A stretch of 63,999 bases of DNA, counting the filler, from Rozella allomycis CSF55 (Eukaryota): the NCBI GenBank assembly GCA_000442015.1. It is 10 parts of 10 records of this genome, joined end to end, with 100 filler letters (N's around TTAATTAATTAA, not from the genome) between each part and the next. Parts side by side here need not be neighbours in the genome. Positions count along the whole stretch, not along the records: positions 4,809 to 33,719 come from KE560350.1; 9 more parts are not named here. The stretch is one strand, 5' to 3'. The number at the start of each line of letters is the position of its first letter. Position 1 is the first letter of the stretch. Of the stretch, positions 10,657 through 23,501 are shown piece by piece. Both the position numbers and the translations under genes were made by a program. The notes under the pieces are model-generated. The model made no database searches. It saw only the letters and a list, made by a program, of their open reading frames with translations, and was not told the origin of the DNA.

Positions 10657-13041
10657 ATGGCTTCCGTGAAACAATTTCACAAAATCTCACCAAGAGCGAA
10701 CGACGACTTAGATTCACAGTTGGGTCAAATTAATAAGCAGATAAAATCACTTTCCTTGGAACTCTCAGTAATGCCACTAGTTTGTTTTGAGGTTTAGACC
10801 ATGGAAAAGTCATTTAAACAGGCAGTCAACTTTAAGTGGAGTCAACTTTCTCCTTTAATCCATTTTGATCAGGAATATTCAAATCATGCTGCTGCCACAA
10901 ATGACTCCCAATTGAAGGAAAACATGATCAATATGGCGCTGTCATTGATGGCTGAATCTCATGAAAACAAGATCAAAGAAGAAAAAAATAAAGTAATTCT
11001 CATATTTTCTTTTGACAAGATCGGTAGATTGCAGGACCATCAGACGAGTGTTTTAAAGGCTGTTGAAGATAAGAAAAATGAATATAAGATCAAAAACAGT
11101 TTAATTGATGGTAAATTTTTGATTTGCCTGATTTCGGCTTGTCCTAAATTTGTATACAACCTATTTTCATCGTATGGGGATATTGTCCATGTGCACTCTA
11201 TTCAAGACAGCAAATTTCTCGTTTTCACAGGAAATGGATGCATTGGTAATAATTTATACAAATATAGAAAGAACTGTGGGAACTCATTGAAACGAAAGAC
11301 GGGAGTGGAGATATAAAAGGTAGAGAAATGGCCTTGCTGGACTTTCAGGTCCTATTTTATGATGACACTATAACGAATGTTCTTAGACTCCCGGAAATAT
11401 CAGACGTTCAGTTTACNAAAATATAGAAAGAATTGTGGGAATTCATTGAAACTAAAGACGGGAGTGGGGATATAAAAGGTACAGAAATGGCCTTACTGGA
11501 TTTCCAGGTCCTATTTTATGATGAAACTATAACGAATGTTCTTAGACTCCCGGAAATATCAGACGTTCAGTTTACAAATACTCCAAAAATTGTACTTCCT
11601 GATTCTAGCATTCCAGGTTCCCTAGATTCTCTTACGGCGAAGAAAGCAACTAAAATGAAATCCAACCTAAAATTTAACATTGAAGAGACAATTGAAGAGG
11701 AGAAAGATGGCGATAAAGATAAAGATAAAAATAGAATGGCGAGCCAAGAGAGTATGACGAACGACCCGACTCCTAACGACAGTTGCCCTTCATTTTTCTT
11801 AGGCACCAAGTCTGGAACAGGATACATATTGCAATTATCAATTGAACTGAAAGACAATAGTATAATTCTAAATGTTGATATGAAGCATACGAAGAAAGAT
11901 TTAAGTCTCAGTCCAATATTAGCTACATCATTTTTGAGACATCCATTTCCTATCATTCTCGTTGCTTGTTCTCAATATGGGATTACAAAATCTGCTGCAA
12001 CCAGTGGTTTGCAATCCGTGATTACTGGTATCGATGGTTTGAGTGGCGATATTCTTATGTTTTGGTCTTTAGCGACGCAGACTGTAGATCGTGTTGTGTC
12101 CGCCAATAAAAAGACCCGGGTCCTTGGAAAGGCAATTGTTGCGAATAAAGGACCATTGAGACTCCCAGATAAGAATAGTAAGAGATCTTTATTATGAATA
12201 CAAGTCTTGAGTGTTTATTGCGACTTTGAAAAACCACACATTTACATATCATCAAATGAAGGTGATGTTTTCAAGCTGAATGTTCACAAAAATGAAAAGG
12301 ATGCCATCTTCGACCATAATTTAAAGGTAGAAATATAGTGCGTAGAATTTAAAGAAATCATCATCCATAGTTTGGAATAAGTTTTCAGAATACGACATAT
12401 CAAGCGAGAAAATTTGCAAGGTATGTTTAATTATCAATAATTCAAAGGTGAAAGAGAAAAATTTTGATGACAATATCTTTTGTTCAAACCAAGAACAATA
12501 CCGAAGGTAGACATAGTTAACTGTTTTAACCTGTAGAAGATAAGAACAATTTGAATCCAGTCAACGTGAACAGTCTATTAGTTTTTGAAAATCACCGCAC
12601 AAATAGAAAGAACATGGCACTCGGATGTGAAGACGGCACTATTCGCATCATAAATTTGGACGATCCACAAAACGAGTCATTCAGCACTGATTACACAGCC
12701 AGTTCATGTGGTCCAACTTATCTGTCAAGTATGGTGGTTAAAAAGACAACACTTGTGATATCAATCAATGGAAATGGTAATTATTTTGTTTGGACTTGAA
12801 AGGTTTAATGCAGATTACTGCGCCTGAGAAGAGAATGGTGTTATACGACATTAACACCCTTCTGAACCGCCAGTCAATTGCCGATCAAGAGTCGGAGGAA
12901 AAAGGATCTAAAAGACGCTCATTGCATAAATCTATTCATATCTTAAGCCTCAAACCGCCGACGATAGCGGTAACTGTAGGCAATGAATGGTCGATTGTTT
13001 CTCTAGAAAAGCTACAAGAATGGCTCAAAAACTCTTCATAA
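10657..13041 (+). CDS. Multi-exon hypothetical protein with N-terminal coiled coil and WD40-like beta repeats
   Basis: Chain of ORFs linked by ~27-30 nt introns; WD-like LGCEDGTIRIINL. Assembly duplication around N 11417. Confidence 0.55.
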
Positions 13042-13122
13042 CTCTATAAACACCAAAAACTAAAATTTCTTTATGATCGATTTACAAATTTTATTGTGAT
13101 TTAATGCAATTATTTTTAATCA

Positions 13123-13933
13123 TTATTCTTCATTCTTCCCTTCTAATTCCAATTTCATTTGCTCCGCCAATTTTTTCGTCAGCCTCTTCCCTCTCTTCTT
13201 TTTACACTCTTCCTCCCCCTCATTCTTCTTCTTCTTACACGACAGCGGATTCGGATTCCCCGGCACTTTCCTCTTCACTCCGACCTTCTCCACCTTCTTC
13301 TTCACATTCAATTCCTTCTCCAACCTCCTAATCTGCATCCTATCATGCTCCGTCAGTCCCGTCTTCTCTCTCGCAATCTATCCACCTTTTCACAACCTCG
13401 TACCTGGTCAATCCTCCTCATCGTCGTCTCCGACACAGGCTCCAAAATAAACGCCGCCTTATTATAATACACCAGCGGCACCGCCGGCAACTCCCTCAGC
13501 ACCCGCCTCAACGCCCGATCCTGCGTCGCCACCGTATACCGATTCTCATTGCGCTCGCCTATCCCACCAACCAAACACACTTACCAATCAAATGCTTGAT
13601 ACACTCACAAGCCGATAACACGCCCTCGTGCTGGCACTTGCGAATTTCGAAGCGACGCGCTGCAGCGGCCGATGCACCGAACCCCTCGCCCAGCGCCTTG
13701 AGCTCGGTGATTATGCAGTCGGTGACTATCAGCTTGCATTCCTCCTGCAAAAGTTTAGGGAGCGCTTCTCTGAGGATGATCTTGTTTTGGACCGCGTGGT
13801 GGATCAGATTGCCGTCGACTGGGTAAAGGAGTGTATAGTTGTTACCGATCACTTGGAATGGCTGGTAGAATCCAAACGTGTGGATATATACGGACATTTG
13901 CTTTTTTGTGCGTTTCGTTCGTTTTGATTTCAT
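13123..13933 (-). CDS. UTP23: rRNA-processing PIN-domain protein Utp23
   Basis: MKSKRTKR..FGFYQPFQV..DGN, VTDCIITEL, YTVATQD and PGNPNPLSCKKKK; three short introns. Confidence 0.9.
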
Positions 13934-14075
13934 TAGTGCCCAAGCCACACAGTTTTGACGATTCTATTTAAATGACTAATGTATCAAGAATAACAATGAA
14001 AAAAAATTAAAATATCTTATATGATTATATCCAACTACAACTTTTATAATATCTCACATAAAAGTTTAATCCAAT

Positions 14076-17000
14076 TTATTTAAATACTGTATACTTCCCT
14101 GCCCACTGCACAACAGCGCCCAACACATCCATCTGATAAACCTCGGCCACAGATTTCAGCACCCTAACTCTTCTCATCACAACCTCTTCTTTCAAGCTAT
14201 TCGCAAAACTGCCGCTGCACTGGCAATGATCAGTCAAATTAGTATTCGCGACCATCCTGCACTTGCCACACACTAAATCCTGCACCTGATAATTCTTCAA
14301 CAAATCGTAAAACTGCATGACGAGAGTTTGCTGGATGAGCTGCTTGTCGAACAAATGCGCACAAGCTGCGCACGCAAAGTCGGTGTCCCTGCAGATGTCG
14401 AGATCGCTGATACTGTTGCAGGATGCGCAGAACATGTTTGGCAGGATGAGCGACTCTGAGGGGTTCGTGAAGACGGTTGATGGATCGAATTCTTTGATTG
14501 AGAGGAGCGTTAGGAGGTGTCTTCTGAGTAGGAGGACGAGATGCTTGAGATCTGCTTCGAGAGCGAATATGGCGCAGATTGATTTGATGAATTCCAACGG
14601 CCCGTATTTGAGATCGAGATGTGAGCCTGGCAAAGTTGGAAAGAGACACGAGTCGTCGTCGTGGTGGGCGAACTTTGTTTGCATTTCGCGGACGATTGAG
14701 AGGATTGATGAATTGAATTTTTCGAAAAACTCTTTTTGGTTTCTGAATAGACCTATGATTGTGAGGGGATGTGGGGGTACCTGAAGATTCGTAGAGATCC
14801 GATTCAGAGAACATTTGGTTGCTTGAGTGGGATGATTCAGAAGGAGGCAATCTGTTTTCTCTAGTGTCGTCGATGCAAGAGTAAATGTAGGTGATGAATT
14901 CAGCAACTGTTTGATGGAAAGTGTTTTGAATTGCAGGAGGTAAAAAGTTTTGAATGTGCCAATTCATTACCAGTTGAGAATTTAAAGAGTTTACAGAATC
15001 CAACTGTTGAGAGTGTTGATAATCAAAGTCTATTGAATCTAATTCAATTATTTCTACTATAGTTACCAATGTCAGTAATGTAACCAGCATAATTATTTTT
15101 ATCCAACCAAAGCAAATAATTGTAATATTTTACAATTCTAAATTCAATCCAACAAAACAAATCTTTTGAATTTGTTTCTTTTAAAAGGAAATCAACAAAG
15201 GGGATAGCATTGAAGATTGATTGTTTTGATGTTTGTAGAATAATCTTGTTAAAGTTTGCAAAGATGATTTTGACACCAAGTGATTTGAATTCATTTAATA
15301 GTTGAATGAATAGTTTGTTCATTAGTTGATTAATGTGATTGAACATTAGAGGATCGTATAGTTTGCTGCTTGGAGATTTAATCCAACGATAGAAATTAGC
15401 CAGAAGAGAATCAGCTTCATAGTTTCCAAATCTAGCTACATCTTGAGACCAAGAGAGCACAAGATTTTTCAAAGCCAAAAAGTGGTCTTTATTTAAAGTA
15501 TTTTCATTCAACAAATTCAAAGCCTTAGACAAATGATGCGCACGAGTAGCACTAGTAGTAGCATTAGTTTGAGTGGTAGTTTGGGTTGAACTAGATATCC
15601 CTTTACTCTCAATCCCTTTACTCTCAATCCCTTTACTCTCAATGCCATTAACACTTCCACCTTTACTCTCAATCCCTTTACTGCTTTCAATCCCTTTACT
15701 ACCTTCACCAACTCCTATACTATCGTCACCCTTTGATTCAATGATAGTGTTGATGCACAGATTAGCAACATTTAACTCCACACAAATAGATTTAAAAGAC
15801 CCAGAAACAGACACATCAAAAGAATTATCAACAAAATTAAAATGATTATCAAATTCCCTTCCACTCAAATCAGGAGACTCATTTTCAGAATACCACAAGA
15901 GAAACCCCTGTTGTTTTAAACATCTAGCGTATAAAACATCACTTGAGAGAATAGAAATATCGCCCTTTAGATTACCAATTGGAATTTTAGAATATTTTGA
16001 TAATTCTAATAAAGATTCAAACCAACTATTTAATTCAAAATATCTTTTAATGAATTTAGTTAGAATTAATTGATTCCAATCCAATGATCTTATTTGTTTA
16101 AAGTTGAATGGAATGTTTATTATTGGACCCTCTAAATTCAACATTGAAGAAATTCTTTCATTTTTATTAACAAAACTTTCAAGAATTATTAAATCTTGTT
16201 TATTAGCTAGAAATTTATTAAGTAATCTAGTTAATTCTTTTAAATTTGAAACTGAATGAATTTCATAGATTGGATTTGCTGAATAAATAAAAAATTCATT
16301 TAAATAATCTTTTTCTTTTGATTCAAATTTGATGTAATTTTCATTGTAAATCTTTTTCACTAAATTTATTGAAATTGTTGCATTTATAAAACAAATAAAT
16401 ATTTTATTATTCAAAACACATCCAACAAATCTCTTTTTATCTATAAATGAATCAAACAAGAAGCAAAAATTTATTCCATCCAACCCACTCAAATACGAGG
16501 GGGTTAAACTCATACTAGTATTAGTATTAGTTTTAATGATGACTGTCGATTCAAGTTGATTGAGATTCAATACATTCAACAAATTATTTCTAATCTTACA
16601 TTTATTACCAATCTGCATGATAATCTTAAAATCCAATGGAACATTCAACTCATACACTCCAATAACACTCGGATGATTAAACAACACTTGCAACTCTCTC
16701 TGCTTCAACTCAAACTCTTTCTCTGTCATTTCCACTTGATACAAATTCACAACTGAATGGTTTCTAGGCAATTTATATTCAACTCTTTTAATCTCTTTAA
16801 CATCAACTCTATCTACCCTTAAATCTTCAGAGTTCAATTCAAACAATGAATTAATATAAAACACTCTAGGAACACAAACAAGAACACTCTTTATTTGATT
16901 ATTAATCAATGAAATTATTTTATATTCTCCCTTGTTAAATGTTTCTACTATTTGGATAATCTCCCATTCATTCTTTTTAAATATCTCATTCTGCTTATCA

Positions 17001-20000
17001 AACAAACTTTTCTTTTCATTCTTCTTTTTATTATTCCATCTCTTTTTCATCCCTTCTATCCATTTACTAAAATCATTAAACATCAACGACACTGGTGGGC
17101 ATTTATTCACTGTTAATTTAGCAGTTGATTTATTAGTTGAAAGATTAGAAGATTTATTAAGTTTATTTCTTGGTTTGATCAAACTACTTTCATCCTTTAT
17201 TTCTAATTCTCTCATCTTTTCTTTCAATTCATCTTCAACTTTACCCAAATCTTCAATATCAACTTCTATTTCTCCCCTCTCTTCAACCTCCAACTCATCA
17301 ACCCCCAACTCTTCCACCTCATCATCTTTAACCTTGTAATACTCTTTAATACTCTTCTGCTTCCTACTCCACTTCCTCTCCCTAATCCTCCTCTCCAGCC
17401 ACTCTGGATGCCTAATCCTCGGCACAGGATTCTCCACATTCTGCATCGCTGCAGGTATAGTAATAATCTTCTGAATAGCAGACGCCAACCTCTCAATATA
17501 ATACTCCCAATCAAGCAAACTCCTAATATCAAAATCTTCAATCAATGGATCCTTCAACCACTTGCGCAAATAAAAATGCTTCACACTCTCCTCGGTAGAA
17601 AATATCGCTATTGGTATCGCTCGATCAGTAACCGCACTGCCAACTGGCTTGCTACAAATAACAAACTGACACGCCAACCCCTTGTCCTTTATCATGTCTG
17701 AGCCTAGAAACTCTGCTAGCCTTTTCGCTGTTGAAATGGATGTCGACTTGCCAGCATACTCTTCAACTGATCTGCTCATACTCTTCTTTTCCGAAATCAA
17801 ATCAAACAACTCTTCATCAGTCAGCTTTTCGCCCTTGGAATACAATATATTCAACCAATGGTTAGCTACCACAGACACACTCTCATAACACTCCTTCAAA
17901 TTGCTTCCCTTTAAAAAATTATTAAAAATCTCNACCCTTGGAATACAATATATTCAACCAATGGTTAGCCACAACAGACACACTTTCATAACACTCCTTC
18001 AAATTGCTTCCCTTTAAAAAATTATTAAAAATCTCTGATTGGAAATACTTTATCAACTTCAACTCTCCCCTCCTCTTCACTTCAAACCCCTTCAATTCTG
18101 CCAACGTATCATCTTGCATACACTCATAAACAACTACTTACCTTTATTAAACACTGCATATCTCTTCTTCAACAATTTATCCTGCTCTTTAGACGCCGGC
18201 AGTATCATAGCTTTATACGGCCCATCAATCTCAAAAAATATTGAATTTTCACTCTTCCTCTTATACTCTCCACTCTCAACATCCAAATCTTCATATTGAT
18301 CATTCGTAAACTTATCATACACCAAATAATTCAACATCACACACGGATACGATATCACAATCTCTTTGCCATTCTTCAACCTAAACTTGAAATTCTCTGG
18401 AAACCTCTCTGGCAATATACACCATATCCCATCAGTATCCAACTCCAACGGCCTTCCTATCATTTCAATCAACTCGCGCGCCATCCTAATAATCATCGCT
18501 CCAGTATGACACACAATCCCTATCTCAATATCACAACAAATCATATACCTGCCATCTCCATCGAATACCATCTCGCTCCCTTCCTCATCACATACCCATA
18601 AAACGAATTCAAAATACACTTGTGCGCCAGCTGCAGCGAATCATACAATATAATCATCTTCTTGCTCTCCTCAACCCTTCCCAAATCACCCTGCTTGACA
18701 GCCTCTTCCATCTCCTTTTTCCATTTCTTATGCAGCCCCTTATACTCATACCGTCTGTCCCTAAAACATTTCACAGTATCAACATAAAACGGATTCTCCC
18801 GCTGACACACAATACTCGTCTTCTTCACAATCTCATGCTCATGGTTCTTCCGATACACCTTCCTGCAATACTGCCCCAACCGCTTCTCAATCAGATTCTG
18901 CTGCTCATTCTTGCTCAGCTCGTAAAAACTCTTATTGTCAAACTTTTCACTCTCCAACTGGTTCTTGATCATCCTATACTCGTTCTTCCGCGCAGGCATA
19001 TACTCGCCACGCCAGTCCCACTCCATCCTCCTCTGACACGTCTTGCCAGGCTTATTAAAATCACAAGACGCACACATCTTCTCATCCACGATCGCTGGAG
19101 GCTGCAGCCGATTAGTCAGGATAATGTTCGGATACATCGCTGCTACATCCAAATGGTAAATCAAAGGACATTCTACACTCTCACTCCTAGCCTCCAGCTC
19201 TTCCAATCTCCTCTTTATATCCTCATACACCTCTGCATAATTCTCAACTTGCTCAAAATCAATCTTCATCTCCACCCTCAACGCAAACTTCAACGCATCA
19301 TCCAGCTCATTAATCAATCTTCTAAACGCCTTTGGATTCATCTTAAATTCAGTCTCAATATCAGATCTAAACACTCCACTCTCNCGACGCACACATCTTC
19401 TCATCCACGATCGCAGGAGGCTGCAGCCGATTAGTCAAAATAATGTTCGGATACATCGCTGCTACATCCAAATGGTAAATCAAAGGACATTCTACACTCT
19501 CACTCCTAGCCTCCAGCTCTTCCAATCTCCTCTTTATATCCTCATACACCTCTGCATAATTCTCAACTTGCTCAAAATCAATCTTCATCTCCACCCTCAA
19601 CGCAAACTTCAACGCTTCATCAAGCTCATTAATCAACCTTCTAAAAGCTTTCGGATTCATCTTAAATTCAGTCTCAATATCAGATCTAAACACTCCACTC
19701 TCCAAAGCCTCCACATGTCCACCAACATACGTCTCATTCTCCAACAAATGACCCTTGTAAAACTTTCCTCTAGTTTCAACATGTCTATTAGGCATCAAAA
19801 CATTCGCTTTAAACGATTCAACCATCAGCAACGTCTCACACAACGTTCCAGATCCTTTCCTCAAAACCTCATCAGGGTTCAATGGGATTATATTGCAGAG
19901 CGAAAAGATAAACGGATGCACATACTTCATGTACAGATAATACGTCGCAACTGCATCAGAAACTGAATACGTCGCCAACACTTGTGGCTTCTCGCGTGCA

Positions 20001-22279
20001 AACGGTGTCATATCTTCAGGATCCAGTTCCATAGGATTATATCCAAGCTTTGCACTCGTTACAGCCTCATTTAATTAAATTCATCTTGTTACCTTTAAAC
20101 CGTGGCTTCCTACTGGTAAATATGAATCTCTCTTTACCCATCTAAAACAATCCATATGAATACAATATGTTGATTTATATTCATCACTTGAATCCTTTTG
20201 AAATCCAATCATCTTTTCTCTAATTCATTGTTATCTTACTTCAAACATTGACATTCCATTTATTTTTGCTCTTTCTTCCACGNACCAATCATCTTTTCTA
20301 TTATTCATTGTGATCTTACTTCAAACATTGACATTCCATTTATTTTTGCTCTTTCTTCCACGAATGGCCAATCGAAAGAATCACCATTGTATGTTGCTAT
20401 AACTGTAGGTCTCACTTGCTGAATATGTTCAAAAAACCTTTCAAGTAAACATTTCTATATCTTTAAACTAATTCTGATACCTCATTCTCTTCATTAAATA
20501 TTATAAATGGACCTTCAAATTCTGGTNCCCAAGCTTTGCACTCGTTACAGCCTCTTTTAATAAAATTAATGCTGTTACCTTTAAACCGTGACTTCCTACT
20601 GGTAAATATGAATCTCTCTTTACCCATCTAAAACAATCCATGTGAATACAATATGTTGATTTATATTCATCACTTGAATCCTTTTGAAAACCAATCATCT
20701 TTTCTATTATTCATTGTGATCTTACTTCAAACATTGACATTCCATTTATTTTTGCTCTTTCTTCCACGAATGGCCAATCGAAAGAATCACCATTGTATGT
20801 TGCTATAACTGTAGGTCTCACTTGCTGAATATGTTCAAAAAACCTTTCAAGTAAACATTTCTATATCTTCAAACTACTCTTAATACCTCATTCTCTTCAT
20901 TAAATATTATAAATGGACCTTCAAATTCTGGTTTGGGTGTATATTCAAAATCTTCAATGTCTTCAGATATAATATCTCTGTTGGTAATCAAATATCCCTT
21001 TCATTAACATAATTTGTATCTACTTGTCCATCAATCATATAAGAAATCATCATTATTGAATCAATTTGTGCATCTGGAAATTTTAATGGTAATTTAGTTG
21101 TTTCAATATCAAACGCCATCACAACAGGATCAGCTCTAACCTTCCATTAAACCATCTAAAATCTCTCACCTGCTTTTCCAAATCTCTTTCCAACTTTATA
21201 TTTCCATTAATTGCTTTNACCCTTAAACCATCTCAAATCTCTTACCTGCTTTTCCAAATCTCTTTCCAACTTTATATTTCCATTAATTGCTTTGGCTGTA
21301 TACCAATACCCAATTCTAATATCATGATCAATTGAAACTCTCAAATGATACGAAATATCATGCTCTCTCAACTCTATAACACTCTCCAACCCTCCATTCA
21401 TGGCATAATTCACTTTATTCTCCACAACATCTTCCATCGGATCAATACTAACCAGCTCATTCCCTCCACCGCCTCCTTCAAACCTCTCACTAGACATCAT
21501 CCTCTCCTTATTCTGTTCAGCCGCAGGCATCAGCACCTTCCTCACAGATATCAAATCAGCCGTATTCCTAAACACAAGCTTCACAACCCTCTGCTTCTCA
21601 CTCACCAAATGATTCGCCTATCATTGCCATCCAACAATCTTACCAGCGCCAAATCCTCCTTTTCCCCAATCTCAATCCTCTCCACAATACTCCCAAACTT
21701 TCTCTTCACAAACTCTTCAAACTCAACCTGCATCCCCTTCTAAACACCACCATAAATCCCACGTACCTTTGTCACCACATAAAAATACGGAGACTCCACA
21801 AAAGTCGCCTTGAAACTACCACCATCCTCCTGCAAAAAATACAAATCAACCGCAGACCGTCCGCCAGCCCAACTGTCGTCCTTGACAAGCGTCGAATGCA
21901 TATTCACCAACCATCCATACTTGGACACCCCCTCAGTATACCTACAATACAGCTGATTTACATATGTACCGGTCAAATCCCATCGATTGGTCAATCGTGT
22001 CCAGCTTGCGGATCTCNCCCATACTTGGACACCCCCTCAGTATACCTACACTACAGCTGGTTTACATACATACCGGTCAAATCCCATCGATTGGTCAATC
22101 GTGTCCAGCTTGCGGATCTCGTCGAATCGCTCATGCAGACTCGCTAGATCAACACTCGGCGTGAATTCGTCCACTTGAGACGCTGGTGTTTTCTCAGAAC
22201 GCACTTTTTTCGTAGAGACTGAATGGCCTGACGCAAAGTTGCGGCGTTTTCCAAACTTTGACCGTTTTTGATAGGTCAT
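14076..22279 (-). CDS. POL2: DNA polymerase epsilon catalytic subunit (many introns; 5' half broken by haplotype duplications)
   Basis: Exonuclease [16 protein letters not shown]; polymerase [31 protein letters not shown] and ELDTDGIW; C-terminal CysA/CysB (CASC..CAAC, CGKC..CQC). Confidence 0.97.
15596..15710. repeat. 15-nt tandem repeat (CCTTTACTCTCAATC) encoding an SKGIE insertion in Pol2
   Basis: About five copies visible; protein reads [33 protein letters not shown]. Confidence 0.85.
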
Positions 22280-22548
22280 TTGGGAATTTTCAGGGTACCG
22301 GGAATTGTGTGGTTATTTGGCAATTGAAGAATGACTTTTGATTAGAGTACATTAGGAGGTAATTGTAAAAATGGAATTAGTTGAGATTCGAGTAATTACA
22401 GCAAATCGCAAGAATGTTTGCGTTGTACAATTTGTATAGATTATCATTGGAAGTTAATGTTATTCTCTCCGTAGTTTTTTATCTTAGAGTTAATAAGTTA
22501 TCATTTCCTTGCCCTTTTAACACAATGACATTGTGAAATCAGAATTTC

Positions 22549-23405
22549 ATGAATTTGGAATTTCAACTTGAAAAGTTACTCGACCGCAGCGAAAAATTAA
22601 TAGAAGATGGAGCCCTTGAAGACGAAATCCATCGCCAAAAATTTAATCATGTACCCCATCCCATCCAAAAATATGTAGTATCACAAAACGATGAAAGAAA
22701 TGCTGGCAAATATAGAAGCCCAGCAAATGGACAACAACGAGTCACAAGGTAATCGTATATACTTGCAATTTAAATGAATCAAAGTTGCACCACAAGGCGA
22801 GGCTGCATGAATTGTCACGACGAGTGATGAGATTTGCGTCATTTTTGGAGACAGACGAGAGTGTATGTGTTTATTTGTAGTATTAATCAGAAATTGGGCA
22901 GGCCATTGTCGCTTGCATCGATACCGTCGGGATCAATGTCGGGATTGACGAGACAGGCGAGTATCCAGCTGATGGTAAAGAATAAAACTGGCAAATCGAC
23001 TTTGAGTGAATTGATGGGTGTTTCTGAATCTGGCACGCGGAATAGAAACATAGTGTCGGATGTGCCAAGCGACCAGTTGGTGCGCGAAGAAAACTTGCAT
23101 GAGGATATGACTGGTGAAATGCTGAAAATGGTGGAAATATTGAAATCCAATGCCAAGGCTGTCGAAAAAATTTTGGAGACCGATGAAAGAGTATGATGTA
23201 CGAGATTTTTTAGAGTAAGGTTATGAATGAGGGCCAACATCTTTTGGGTGATAATTTGAACAGATTAGTGGGTGAATCGAAAAGACTAAAGTTATTTAGC
23301 AGCCAGAGTGGACGCACAACATTGGCTATTTGGATTCTTTTGTTTTTTGTGTGCATGCTTTTTGTATTAGCGTTTATGATGATCCGAGTGTTTCCAAAGC
23401 AATAA
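22549..23405 (+). CDS. USE1: ER SNARE Use1-like tail-anchored protein
   Basis: SNARE-like coiled coil HEDMTGEMLKMVEILKSNA and C-terminal TM ending IRVFPK; about four short introns. Confidence 0.7.
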
Positions 23406-23501
23406 ATAATTTAAATATGATTAAACATGCATTAATTGAATTATTTTTATCTATTTTCATTTTTGAATTAATTGAATGAAATTTGCACCCTTGTTTGAGT
23501 A

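Noticed and set aside
11255-11580. Tandem exon duplications at single Ns (also 31509, 32224, 35716, 60461)
   Set aside because: Each pair is separated by exactly one N and is near-identical, typical of unmerged haplotype overlaps.
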